From Squalus acanthias (Eukaryota): a stretch of DNA of 64,000 nt. Below, piece after piece: positions 37,870 to 50,120 of the stretch. Below the pieces are notes generated by a model that was not told the origin of the DNA, ran no database searches, and was given only the letters and a program-made list of their open reading frames with translations. The position numbers were made by a program, and so were the translations under genes. The stretch spans positions 101,744,001 through 101,808,000 of the forward strand of contig CM059431.1 in assembly GCA_030390025.1 (NCBI GenBank), written 5' to 3'. Position 1 is the stretch's first letter. Each line of letters begins with the position of its first letter.

Positions 37870-38190
37870 AGAAACATAGAAGATAGGAGCAGGAGTAGGC
37901 CATTCGGCCCCTCGAGCCTGCTCCGCCATTCAATGAGATCATGGCTGATCATCCAAATTCAGTACCCTGTCCCTGCCTTCTCCCCATAGCCCTTGATCCC
38001 TTTAGCTTTAAGAAATATATCTAACTCCTTCTTGAATATATTTAATGACTTGGCCTCAACTACCTTCTGTGGTAGAGAATTCCACAGGTTCACCACTCTC
38101 TGGGTGAAGAAATTCCTCCTCATTTCTGTCCTAAATGGCTTACCCCTTATCCTTAGACTGTGACCCCTGGTTCTGGACTCTCCGACCACT
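37870..38190 (-). mobile_element. CR1 3' fragment inserted into a Penelope-type repeat (about 37815-38275)
   Basis: Host repeat is interrupted after aaaacggaaaat and resumes at ctcggcaggtc. Confidence 0.8.
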
Positions 38191-38236
38191 CGGCAGGTCG
38201 GGCAGCCTCTGCGGAGAGAGAGAGAGAGAGAAACCG

Positions 38237-38275
38237 AGTTAACGTTTCAGGTCGATGACCCTTCGTCAGAGCTGG
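38237..38275 (-). ncRNA. Minimal type I hammerhead ribozyme motif
   Basis: - strand ccagct CTGACGA a-gggtc-atc-gacct GAAAC GTT aact. Confidence 0.6.
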
Positions 38276-38500
38276 TAATCACATGTTGGCTTTTGTACAG
38301 CAGTTATAGAGCAGTTCATTAATATAGTGTTTTTCGCAACAACAACTTGCCTTTATATAGCGACCCAGGGCGCTTCACAGGAGCGATTATCAGACAAAGT
38401 TTGACACCGAGCCACATCGGGAGATGTTAGGACAGGAGAGGCTGGTTTTAAGGAGGAGCGAGAGGCGCAGGTGATAAATAACGTTGTGTTTTTGATCCAG

Positions 38501-38624
38501 AGCGGAAAAGAGGAGCCGTCGTTCAGCTTGCAAGCGGGAAACACCATGGTGACTCCCCAGAGACCAGGAAGCACACTGGATAACAGCGTCCACAAGGATG
38601 TCTTTGGTGTTATTTCCGGTACAG
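38501..38624 (+). CDS. DOCK9: DOCK9 exon (SGKEEPSFSLQAGNTMVTPQRPGSTLDNSVHKDVFGVISGT)
   Basis: atccag acceptor, gtgagc donor, 124 nt, phase 0/1. Confidence 0.93.
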
Positions 38625-38769
38625 GTGAGCTTTCAGTCCGACCAAACTGTATTCACGGAGGCTTGCCTTCACAGTTCGTTTGTACACAGCAGAGGATGAT
38701 CTGTCAAGCAGATTAATCTTCAGCCTCTGACTATGGGTCTCATTAGTCACCTTTTAATGTTGCCACCGC

Positions 38770-39460
38770 CAGTCCTGTGGCTCAGTGGGTCGCACACTCG
38801 CCTCTGAGTCAGAAGGTTGTGGCCCCACTCCAGGGACTTGAGCAGAAAAATCTCAGCTGACGCTCCCAGTGCAGTGCTGACAGAGTGCTGCACTATCAGA
38901 GGTGCCGTCTTTCAGATGAGACGTTAAACCGAGGCCCCGTCTGCTCTCAGGTGGACATAAAAGATCCCTTGGCACTATTCTGAAGAAGAGCAGGGGAGTT
39001 CTCCCCGGTGTCCTGGGCCAATATTTATCCCTCAACCAACATCACTAAAACAGATTATCTGGTCATTATCACACTGCTGTTTGTGGGATAAAAACAGAAA
39101 ATGCTGGAGACACTCAGCAGGTCAGGCAGCATCTGTGAAGAGAGAAACAGAGTTAACGTTTCAGGTCGATGAACCCAGTTCTGACGAAGGGTAATCGACC
39201 TGAAACGTTGACTCTGTTTCTCTCTCCACGGATGCTGCCTGACCTGCTGAGTATTTCCAGCATTTTCTGTTTTTATTTCAGATTTCCAGCATCTGCAGTA
39301 TTTTCTTTTTGTATTTGCTGTTTGTGGGAGCTTGCTGTGCACAAATTGGCTGCCTCGTTTCCTACATTACAACAGTGACTGCACTTCAAAAAAAAAGTAC
39401 TTCATGGGCTGTAAAGTGCGTTGGGACGCCCTGGGATCGTGAAGGGCACTGTAAAGTCTT
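38770..39460 (+). mobile_element. SacSINE1-like SINE interrupted by a Penelope-type fold-back repeat
   Basis: SINE resumes after the insertion; 14-bp duplication. Confidence 0.85.
39089..39315 (+). mobile_element. Penelope-type fold-back repeat with hammerhead core (39175-39215)
   Basis: Inverted arms; CTGACGA 39181-39187, GAAAC-GTT 39202-39209; TSD tgctgtttgtggga at 39075-39088 / 39316-39329. Confidence 0.8.
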
Positions 39461-40056
39461 TCCCTTTTTCCCTCTCTCCTTTTTTCTCTTTCTCTTTCTC
39501 CCTCTTGTTCTTCTTTTTCTCTTTTGGACGAACTCGGGTTTACGGAGGGTGCAAGGTTTGGGAGGCTGGCCAGGCGAGCGTTGGAACGGTCGAGTCCAGA
39601 GGCGACAAGGGCCTGGGGTGGAGGGTCCCAGCAGCGGATGAGCGGAGTCGGGGGGGCGGAGACGGGCGATGTTACGGCGGTGGAATTGACGGTCTGGGTG
39701 ATGGAGCGGGTGTGGGGTCGGAAGCTCAGCTCGGGGTCAAATAATAAATGGAAAGTGTTCAAATCAAATGGAAAAAAGAGCACTTTTTGTTTTTAATGCC
39801 TCTATGATTTTTCTCCCGGGGTGTTGCTCCCAGCCGTGTCCTGGAGATTAATCTTCAATTCCTGGAGTCTCCAGAACAATCCCGGAGTGTGTACCCTTTA
39901 TCAGAACTATATACGTGTATAAATAAAAGTGACTTTGAAGTGATGTAATTTTGTTGCGTTGTAAGTTGCCCTTTTAAGTTTTTTAATTTATGTTGTCCAA
40001 TAACTTGAAACTTTCCACTTCAGGTTAAGCTCTTACGCTCGTTTTTCTGCTCATAG

Positions 40057-40190
40057 CTTCTCCTCATGGATCCTCCACTCCCACCATCAGTGCAGTGAGG
40101 CACGCCGACTCCAGAGGTTCCCTGATAAGCACGGACTCGGCCACTAGCCTGCCAGAAAGAAATGCTGAAAAGAGCAACTCCCTTGACAAG
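40057..40190 (+). CDS. DOCK9: DOCK9 exon (ASPHGSSTPTISAVRHADSRGSLISTDSATSLPERNAEKSNSLDK)
   Basis: tcatag acceptor, gtagaa donor, 134 nt, phase 1/0; DSRGSLISTDS..SLPERN.EKSNSLDK is DOCK9-like. Confidence 0.95.
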
Positions 40191-40299
40191 GTAGAACTTC
40201 ACCTTTGAGTAACTTTAAAGCTTTGATGCTTCGAATACAAATTAACCGTGAACTTTATGCTTCAAGACAAAATAACTTGGTTATATTTCGTACGCTGTC

Positions 40300-40945
40300 G
40301 GCCCGCAATTTGCTGGCGTGAGGCATCTCGCGCCGTTGCCCCGTTAGTTAGACTTCTTCCCTCCCCCTTCAGCGCAAATTTTTTTTTGGCCCTGTAACTC
40401 GCTGGCAGTGCGAGCTGATAACGGGGCGACGAGGGCAACAGGGCATCTGGGACCTCGGTGAACGACGGGACCAACAGTCTGTCTCCTTAACCCATGAGAT
40501 TTAAGGGTTGAGAAAGAAACAGAGGAACAACGGAGAAGGAAATCGGGTGAATTAGAGTCAAATCAGGTACAGAAAGAGAAATAAAGGGAGGGAAAGAAAG
40601 ATTGGATTAAGAGAGAGAGAGAGAGAAAGGAATGAGACGCCAAACTTTTAATTGTTCACTTTCTGGGCCGGAGAGGTTGATTGGCGGTCATCAACAATTA
40701 TCCCGTCGTTAAAAAGGGTCCTTACGCTATTAAGTACCAGCCCTAACTTTCTGCGGCGAGTTTAACGGGTAATTAATGCGCAAATGCAGCGGTTTCTTAA
40801 AACTCGCGGGGATGTCTCGGGCGAGCTGCCGTTTTTTTATTCCACGAGGCTCACAAATTGCTGGGGCGATTTACGCTGGCGAGCGCCAATAAACTCGCCG
40901 TTGTTTCTTTTTGTTCCCCCCCCTCCCGCCAGCAAATTCTGGGTC
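40300..40945. mobile_element. Non-autonomous DNA transposon (MITE-like) with about 19-bp imperfect TIRs
   Basis: ggcccgcaatttgctggcg / cgccagcaaattctgggtc; related partial copy at about 62065-62468 in opposite orientation. Confidence 0.7.
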
Positions 40946-41847
40946 AGTGCGTTTGTCTTGTGTGTCACACCGATTTTGTGAGCTTAAATGTGACCTTGTG
41001 ATCTTGCTTCCTTGTGCTCACAGAGGGAAAGGCTTATTAGGAGACACTCTGCTTTTGCAATGCTGACTAACCAGGTGGCTGAGGAAAGTTCAAGGTCTAC
41101 GCGAAGGAATTGTGTTACTATGGATTTTTCCATGTTAACTATCCCAGTCTTGCCAGCAAAGATCTTGCATGCCGCTTTGTCTCTTCAATTTCATGAAGTA
41201 CTTACCTCTGGCTTGTATATCTGAACTTCTAGCTGTATATGAGAATGGACTGGGCTATTAGTAGCAACTCCAACCACAGTTTGCAAATGAATTTTTATTT
41301 TAAAAGTCTATATTTAATTGCCTGTAGGCCCTATTATAAATTCCTAATTTCAAATACACCCCTTGTGAAATTTTTATTTTCTGAAAGAATTGGTGACGTA
41401 TTTGGAACGAGCCCATTTCATTCGGATGGTTTAAAGAAATGGTCTTTATAATGTTTGAATTGGTTTGGGGATCCAACATATTCCTGTCATTTTTTAAAAT
41501 ATAGATATTGTATTTTTAAATACACAACCAAGTTGACAGATTAAAAGAGACAGAGAGCGTTAACCAGTTCATTAAGCTGGACTGCCGTTGCACGCAGTTA
41601 GCGGTCTGTTCAGGTGGAGTTGCTATTAACGGCAGTTGTGTCATTCCAGGTTGTTTCGTTGCCGAGTGTGCGCAAGAGACGGTCAGGTGGAAATGTAATC
41701 GACTCCTGTTAAAGGCTCGTGTTCCCTTCGAGATCACATCACTGATGACATTTAACCCGCTGCCGTCATTTCATGCAGCTGTCTTGCAACCTCCACTGTG
41801 TTTCAGTACAGAGCCAGCTTTTAAAATCATTTTGAGGTGGGCAGATA

Positions 41848-43365
41848 AAGAAAGACAGACTTACATTTCTATAGCGCCGTTCACGACCACCGGACGTCCC
41901 GAAGCACTTTACAGTCAATGAAATACTTTTCAAAGTGTGGTCACTGTTGTAATGTGGGAAACACGGCAGCCAGTTTGCGCACAGCAAGCTCCCACAAACA
42001 GCAATGTGATAATCACCGGATAATCTGTTTTTGTGATGTTGATTGAGGGATAAATATTGGCCCCAGGACACCAGGGAGAACTCCCCTGCTCTTCTTCGAA
42101 ATAGTGCCAGGGGATCTTTTACATCCAGCTGAGAGGGCAGACGGGGCCTCGGTTTAACGTCTCATCTGAAAGACGGCACCTCCGACAGTGCGGCGCTCCC
42201 TCAGTACTGCCCCTCCGACAGTGCGGCACTCCCTCAGTACTGCCCCTCCGACAGTGCGGCGCTCCCTTAGTACTGTCCCTCCGACAGTGCGGCGCTCCCT
42301 CAGTACTGCCCCTCCGACAGTGCGGCGCTCCCTCAGTACCGCCCCTCCGACAGTGCGGCGCTCCCTCAGTACTGCCCCTCCGACAGTGCGGCGCTCCCTC
42401 AGTACTGCCCCTCCGACAGTGCGGCGCTCCCTCAGTACTGCCCCTCTGACAGTGCGGCGCTCCCTCAGTACTGCCCCTCCGACAGTGCGGCACTCCCTCA
42501 GTACTGCCCCTCCGACAGTGCGGCGCTCCCTCAGTACTGCCCCTCCGACAGTGCGGCGCTCCCTCAGTACTGCCCCTCTGACAGTGCGGCGCTCCCTCAG
42601 TACTGCCCCTCCGACAGTGCGGCACTCCCTCAGTACTGCCCCTCCGACAGTGCGGCGCTCCCTCAGTACTGCCCCTCCGACACTGCGGCACTCCCTCAGT
42701 ACTGCCCCTCCGACAGTGCGGCGCTCCCTCAGTACTGCCCCTCCGACACTGCGGCACTCCCTCAGTACTGCCCCTCTGACAGTGCACCACTCACTCAGTA
42801 CTGCCCCTCCGACACTGCGGCACTCCCTCAGTACTGCCCCTCCCACAGTGCGGCGCTCCCTCAGTACTGCCCCTCCGACACTGCGGCACTCCCTCAGTAC
42901 TGCCCCTCTGACAGTGCACCACTCACTCAGTACTGCCCCTGTGCAGCACTCCCTCAGTTACTGCCCCTCCGACAGTGCGGCGCTCCCTCAGTACTGCCCC
43001 TCCGACACTGCGGCACTCCCTCAGTACTGCCCCTCTGACAGTGCACCACTCACTCAGTACTGCCCCTGTGCAGCACTCCCTCAGTTACTGCCCCTCCGAC
43101 AGTGCGGCGCTCCCTCAGTACTGCCCCTCCGACACTGCGGCACTCCCTCAGTACTGCCCCTCCCACAGTGCAGCGCTCCCTCAGTACTGCCCCTCCGACA
43201 GTGCGGCGCTCCCTCAGTACTGCCCCTCCGACAGTGCAGCGCTCCCTCAGCACTGCACTGGAATGTCAGCCTAGCTTTATGTGCTCAAGTCTCTGGAGTG
43301 GGACTTGAACCCACAACCTTCTGACTCGGAGGCGAGAGTGCTGCCCACTGAGCCACGACTGACAC
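41848..43365 (-). mobile_element. SacSINE1-like SINE containing an expanded 33-bp minisatellite
   Basis: SINE tail and core 41848-42178, head 43255-43365. Confidence 0.85.
42179..43255. repeat. 33-bp minisatellite x~32 with higher-order variants at the right end
   Basis: Direct reading; explains the STAPPTVRRSL-repeat ORFs. Confidence 0.95.
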
Positions 43366-43659
43366 ACAATTAACCGTACCAGGAACATTCTGAAAGTTAC
43401 TATGTAATGTTTTTTCTCATCCAAGTGACCCAACACAGATAAAACGCACTGACAGAAGCCCTTTTCATGTTGATAGCTGGTTGGTAATAGGGACATGAAG
43501 TTGGGTAGGTACAGGAATTCAGTTATTGGTATAAATCTAAGCTCAAAAGGTTTAATCCACAAATTAAGAACACTTTTCCAGGCTATGATTATATACTTGA
43601 AAAGGAAAACATTTTAGGGCTGTGGGGAAAGAGCGGGGTGAGTGGAACTACTTTGATAA

Positions 43660-44120
43660 TCAGCTGTGGCTCAGTGGGCAGCACCCTCGCCTCTGAGTCA
43701 GAAGGTTGTGGGTTCAAGTCCCACTCCAGAAACTTGAGCACAAAAATCTAGGCTGACACTCCCAGTGCAGTGCTGAGGGAGTGCTGCACTGTTGGAGGTG
43801 CCGTCTTTCGGATGAGACGTTAAACCGAGGCCCCGTCTGCTCTCTCAGGTGGATGTAAAAGATCGCATGGCACTATTTCGAAGAAGAGCAGGGGAGTAGT
43901 GTCCTGGGCCAATATTTATCCCTCAACCAACATTGCAAAAACAGATTATCTGGTCATTATCACATTGCTGTTTGTGGGAGCTTGCTGTGCGCAAATTGGC
44001 TGCTGCGTTTCCCACATTACAACAGTGACTACACTTCAAAAAAGTACTTCATTGGCTGTAAAGCGCTTTGGGACGTCCGTTGGTCGTGAAAGGCGCGATA
44101 GAAATGCAAGTCTTTCTTTC
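43660..44120 (+). mobile_element. SacSINE1-like SINE, full length
   Basis: Family match within the window. Confidence 0.85.
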
Positions 44121-45322
44121 AAAGAGCCAGCACAGGCACGATGGCGTGCACGGCCGTGAGGGCCCCGCAGGTTCCCGGTCTCCGTGTGTGATGTGATGCG
44201 CGAAAACCCGGAACTTGCGCTATGTCACGTTTCAACTCGACACATCATCCGCATCCCCGGGAAATGGACAGTCGCGGGTGGAGAGTCGCGGCTATTTGCC
44301 CAGCAAATGCCCGTGAAACTCTTACGCCTGGTAAAAGCATGGGGTGGGGCGTTCTTTTATCAGCGTAAGAGTTTAAATAAATGTTAAAATAAAATTTTTT
44401 AATCATTTAAACATTCAAAAACCTTTAAAATTAGTTTTGGTTATTTTTGGCCCCTTTAAAAAAATGTTTAAATTTAATTTTCAAAAAATTAAATTTTTAT
44501 TTTAAATGTTTAATTAAATTGTATTTTAATTAATTTTAAACATGTGATGATTTATTTTTATTTAGTTTGTGTGAAAATGTATTTTTTAATGTGATTCCTG
44601 TTATGGTCACGGGGACTTTGTATATAAATGGAATCCCCGTAAGCACAATGGGAATCTCCCCTTTGTCATTGGTCGGGCCGGCCCACGTGACCCCAGGGAC
44701 GCTGGCGAACCGCGCCCGCCCCTGGGATCCGTGGGCCCCTTGCGCAGGCCCACGCCCGCAGGCCCAGGAGCGCGCGAGTCTTCGTAGGCCCGGGGCCATC
44801 AGGTAAGTACGGATTTTACTCGCGGTTCAGAGGCATCCGAACCGCAATTCCGGGTCCAATATGATTCTTTTTGGGGCCTGGGTGCTGCAGTGGGTTAACA
44901 CATGGGTCTCAAATCCAGCCCAGACCGGTTGAATTTAAGTTGGCAGCTCTGTCTGCGAGCTGTCCCAGCCCCATGTGAATTGTTCAGCACAAAGTTCCCC
45001 ATAATTTGGTTTAAAAATGGTAATCTCACTCGGGGGGGTGGGGGTGGGGGCCCTAACACAATCCGGTGAGAGTAGAAAGCTTCATATTAACGCTGTCCTG
45101 AAACACCGATTACTATGTATTGGTGGGACAGAATAAAGGGAACAGCCTGTGCTGAACTTGTCGTTCGAGTACTTCATACCACTGTTTGATGACAGAGTGA
45201 TGCATTCCTGAGCACTGACATAGGAAAAGGAGGCCATACAGCCCATCGGCTCTTTGAACGCGCTCTCCAATTAGTCCCGCTCCCCCTCCTCTTTCCCCGT
45301 AGCCCTGCAAGTTTCTCCCTTT

Positions 45323-45912
45323 CATAAGAACATAAGAAATAGAAGCAGGAGTCGACCATTCGGCCCCTCGAGCCTGCTCCGCCATTCAATAAGATCATGG
45401 CTGATCATCTACCTCATCTCCACTTTCCCGCACTATCCCCATATCCCTTGATTCCCTTAATATTCAAAAATCTATCGATCTCTGTCTTGAATATACTCAA
45501 TGACTGAGCCTCCAAAGCCCTCTGGGGTAGAGAATTCCAAAGATTCACCACCCTCTGAGTGAAGAAATTTCTCCTCATCTCAATCCTAAATGGCCGACCC
45601 CTTATTCTGAGACTATGACCCCTGGTTCTAGACTCCCCAGCCAGGGGAAACATCCTCCCTGCATCTACCCTGTCAAGCCCTGTAAGAATTTTGTATGTTT
45701 CAAGGAGATCACCTCTCATTTTTCTAAACTCGAGAGAATATAGGCCTAGTCTACTCAATCTCTCCTCATAGGACAATCCCCCCATCCCAGGAATCAGTCT
45801 GGTGAACCTTCGTTGCACTCCCTCTATGGCAAGTATATCCTTCCTTAGGTAAGGAGACCAAAACTGTACACAATACTCCAGGTGTGGTCTCACCAAGGCC
45901 CTGTATAATAGC
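45323..45912 (-). mobile_element. CR1 LINE 3' fragment
   Basis: VRPHLEYCVQFWSPY...VQRRFTR open for 160 codons. Confidence 0.9.
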
Positions 45913-47164
45913 AGATCGGGAGTTGGATGGGAATCAATGGCAGATCAGGAGTTGAGTATTTATCCAATTCCCTTTTTGAAAGTTAATATTGAATCTGCTT
46001 CCACCGCCCTTTGAGGCAGCGCATTCCAGATCACAACAACTCGCTGCGTAAATAAAATTCTCCTCACTTTCCAGTAAATTCACCCCATAAATGGAACCAA
46101 AATATTAGCAATCTACTCTATTTTAAAAAAGAAGTCCATCTCCTGTGGCAGTGCACCCAGGGAATCGAGACCAAAAACACTGTCCCCAAGACAAGGAAGG
46201 TTAGAGGGCGGGGAAATAGTTTAACCAAGGCAGGCGCAGGGAGATGAGGCAGATGGAGAGGAGTGTGGGGGTGGGGGGAGAGGAGGGGGGGAGATAACAT
46301 CTTCTGGGTGGGGGGGGGCGCGGCCACCATCTTGTTTCTTGGGGTCGTTCTGTATCCAGTTATTGTCTGGAGATGGGGGGGGGGGTGGGTGGGTGGGATG
46401 AGGGAGAAGGGAGTGGAGAAGAGAGAAAGGGGTAACAGGAGGAGTGGGGAGCACGGGGATGGAAAGAAGGTGGTGGAAGGTGAGGGGAGGAAATGGGTGA
46501 AGAGGCTGAGGAGGGAATAAAGGGAAGGGCCGGGGGGGAGTGATGGAGGGAGGAGAGCAGGGAGGGGATAAGGCGAGGGAGAGAGGTAAAGCAGGCGAGG
46601 AATGGAATGGAGGAGGAGGGGGAACCAGTGAAGGCAAAATTAGGAGAGGAGGAGTGGGAGGAAGGCGAAACAAAGGGAAGGGGAGTCGAAGATGCACGGG
46701 GGAGCTTGCCTCATCAGTGGCGGGGTGTCTGAGTGTAGCGGAGGGGAGTCGGTGGGTTCCTGCTCCCAATTCCTGTCTAGACTCCGGGGCCCGAGCTTGG
46801 GACTCCAACACTCACCGTTCTTGTAATCGGACATCTGTCTCTCTGGCTGCCCACATGCCGTGGTGTCCTGTACTAGATTGCTGGATACACTTCATCAGTA
46901 AGCAATGACATCATTCACCAGTCCTTTCTAACTTCAGTTTTTTTAGCTGGTCGAAGTGACTCTCTCTCTTTATATAAAAGCCTCCCAAGAGGTGTGCACT
47001 GAAATACGTGCACGCCTTAACCCCTCCCTCCTCTCCTCCCTTCTTCACTCCATCGGCCCATCCCGTCCCGTCCCTTCATTCGCTCCTCCCCTCCAGTTGG
47101 CTCCCAGTAGACATTAGTAATCAGTATAGACTCTGCCTCATTCTACCTAATATATTAGAGTAAG

Positions 47165-47357
47165 TGACGTAAGAAAACTACTAGGCACTTGGTCTAAGCG
47201 TTAAACAAAGCTTTAATCAACTGTTTTTCAACATGGAGGTCTAGTTGTGTCCTTCACTAGTTCCTGTTAAAGAATGTCCTGAGCAAGCTGGGCCCATGCC
47301 CGAGTATTTATACTCTCCCTGGAAAGCGCCACCAGCAGGCTGCCCAGTATTATTTCA
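47165..47357 (-). mobile_element. Solo LTR of a family related to the 50700-55124 element
   Basis: TG...CA, 193 bp, flanked by taag/taag; shares tg.cgtaaga, aagctttaatcaact and agtatttat with the full element's LTR. Confidence 0.75.
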
Positions 47358-48339
47358 TAAGTCATTTCCACATGAATGACAAGATTCATGTCATTAAGTA
47401 CACCAAGTATCAGCAGCCAGAAATGATGGCAGGTCATTTCTCAAATACAACAATGTGATGGGAAACAAAACCAGAAAATGCTGCTGTGTGGAGAGAAACT
47501 GAGCCAACGTTTCGGGTTCAGTGACCGGGGGGGAGTGCTTGAAAGCTGCTATGAAGACCTAGGCATTCAGCGGAGGTCATCTTATCGCTACTGTTTGTTC
47601 TGCTATTTCCAAATAAGAATATTGAGGATGTCTTTCAAGAGGTTTTTAAATATTGATTACCTTCAAGGAACAGTCAGGTCTGCGGGGAAGGTGCCTTTCT
47701 GCTCGGCTCACTTGGTTGTACGTCTTGCCCCTGAGGTCAGAGGTTGTGTGTTCAGAACCCTGCTCCGGGAATCGAACCCCCAACACCCAGGCTGACACTT
47801 TCAGGAGTGTTGTCTTTCAGATAAGATCTTTAACCGAGGCCCCGTCTGCCTGTTCAGGTGGATGTAAGAGATCCCATAACACGAGTTAAACAAGTGCAGG
47901 AGGTTTTCCTGGTGTCCTGGCCAATATTCTTCACTCAACCAATGTAACTTTAAAAAAAAAACAGATTAACTGGCCCTTGTTCTCATTTGCTGTGTGCAGA
48001 ATTGGGTCTCACATTTGCCAACAAAATCACTTGTGATTGCACTTCCAAAGCAATTCAGTGGTTGTGATTGGGACATCCTCTGGTGATTTATCAATGCAAG
48101 TTCTTTATTTTTTTCTTCTCCCAGTTTTATAACATACTAGTAGTCTACTTCCAAGAATTTAGTTTGGTGATTTTCTGAGTTGGGATTCTCTCTCCGCTAC
48201 ATTGCTCTGTGGCATAACCAACCAGGGGGTTGTGTGTCTCGCACCAGGCTTCATTGGAAACTCTGGCAAGGGGCTGAGACGCAATGGGGAGTTGTCCAAC
48301 GCCAGGATATTCTGAATTCCTCAGCGGGCAGAGTGGTTT

Positions 48340-48986
48340 GCTGGGTTGTTTCCATCTCCGCCTCCGCCCCCCTGCCTCAGCCCATCTGCTGCCTGAAACC
48401 TTCATCCAGGCTTTGGTTCCCTCCGGACTCGACTATTCCGACGCTCTCCTGGCCGGCCTCCCATCTTCCATCCTCTCCGTAAACTTCAGCTCATCCAAAA
48501 CTCTGCCGCCCCCGTGTCCTAACTCGCACCAAGTCCCGTTCACCCATCACCCCACCTGTGCTCGCTGACCTACAGTGGCTCCCGGTCCGGCAACGCCTCG
48601 ATTTTTAACAATTCTCATCCTTGTTTTCAAATCCCTCCATGGCCTCGCCCCTCCCTATCTCTGTAACCTCCTCCAGCCCTACGACCCTCCTAGATCTCTG
48701 CGCTCCTCCAATTCTGGCCTCTTGCGCATCCCCGATTTTCACCACTCCACCATTGGCGGCCGTGCCTTCAGCTGCCTGAGTCCTAAGCTCTGGAATTCCC
48801 TCCCTAAACCTCTCCGCCTCTCTCTCCTCCTTTTAAGATGCTCCTTAAAACCTCCTTCTTTGACCAAGCTGTCCTGATATCTCCTTATGTGGCTCAGTGT
48901 GAAATTTTGTTTGATGATCGCTCCTGTGAAGCACCGCGGGACGTTTTACTACGTTAACGGCGCTGTATAAATACAAGCTGTTGTTG
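48340..48986 (+). mobile_element. L2-type LINE 3' fragment
   Basis: Family match to 17820-18530. Confidence 0.85.
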
Positions 48987-49416
48987 AAGTTGCTGCAGGA
49001 TAGATAGAGACAGCCTGTCACTGATGTCACCGAGCAACCAGAGCAAGGAGCTCAGTGCAACCTCGTGTGATCCCTGACGGGAAATGGACTTTGAGCAGAA
49101 AGTACTCCCTCCCCAAGACTTTATTTCTCCTTTTAAGTTATCATACAACTGAAAGATGATTTTTGAGGTGCCTGTTTACATTTGCATGGTTTGGTGGTTC
49201 TTCTAAAGCTGTATGAAGAAGGTAATTGTTTGTTGGTTGTTACATAAACTTTCTTTTTTTTAAAAAGAATCTGTTTACAATTCAATAACCCTTCCACCCC
49301 CGTTGTAGAAAGACTCACTGGTGATTAAACTAAGCTTCATTCCCTTTTAATTGCTCTGTTTTTTTCTGATGTTTTCCAATTTGGAGATAATGTTCACCAG
49401 TCTACGTCTCTCTCAG

Positions 49417-49525
49417 AACCACGGCTGTGTCGGGAGCTCCATCATGCGATGTGACAAGCTGGAACAGTCCGAGATCCGGAGCCTCCTCATGTGTTTCCTG
49501 CACGTGCTGAAGAGCATGTCTGATG
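49417..49525 (+). CDS. DOCK9: DOCK9 exon (NHGCVGSSIMRCDKLEQSEIRSLLMCFLHVLKSMSD)
   Basis: tctctctcag acceptor, gtagga donor, 109 nt, phase 0/1. Confidence 0.93.
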
Positions 49526-49704
49526 GTAGGACCGTCATCTTCCGTTACCTTACATAACGCATTAACTTTCAAACAAAGTCGGCACTTGATGAGCAAATTG
49601 AACTCCAGTTCCCAAGCGCTATATTTCCATTGGAAATTTGGGAATCTACATAAGTTATAACCTCTCCGTCCTTAAATAAACTAATCAGGAGCCCCAACCT
49701 GATG

Positions 49705-50120
49705 AGTCCTTCTTTACTCCAGAAAAGAGAAGGCTGAGGGGCGACCTGATTGAGGTCTTTAAAATTATGAAGGGGTTTGATAGGGTAGGCGTAGAGAAGG
49801 TGTTTCCACTTGTGGGGGAGACCAGAACTAGGGGCCATCAATATAAGATAGTCACTAATAAATCCAATAGGGAATTCAGGAGAAACTTCTTTACCCAGAG
49901 AGTGGGGAGAATGTGGAACTCGCTCCCACAGGGAGTGGTTGAGGCGAATAGCAGAGATGCATTTAAGGGGAAGCTGGATAAACACATGAGGGAGAAAGGA
50001 ATAGAAGGATATGTTGACAGGGTGAGATGAAGTCGGGGTGGGAGGAGGCTCGTGTGGAGCATAAACACCGGCACGGACCAGTTGGGCCGAATGGCCTGTT
50101 TCTGTGCTGTAAATTCTAGG
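49705..50120 (+). mobile_element. CR1 LINE 3' fragment
   Basis: RRLRGDLIEVFKIMKGFDRV remnant. Confidence 0.85.

Noticed and set aside
42119..43324. 378-aa mucin-like ORF and CRISPR-like periodicity
   Set aside because: Head-to-tail tandem repeat with no unique spacers; eukaryotic intron; SINE-derived
46220..46810. Proline-rich 196-aa ORF on the - strand
   Set aside because: Reflects a G/A-rich low-complexity tract; no splice or homology support
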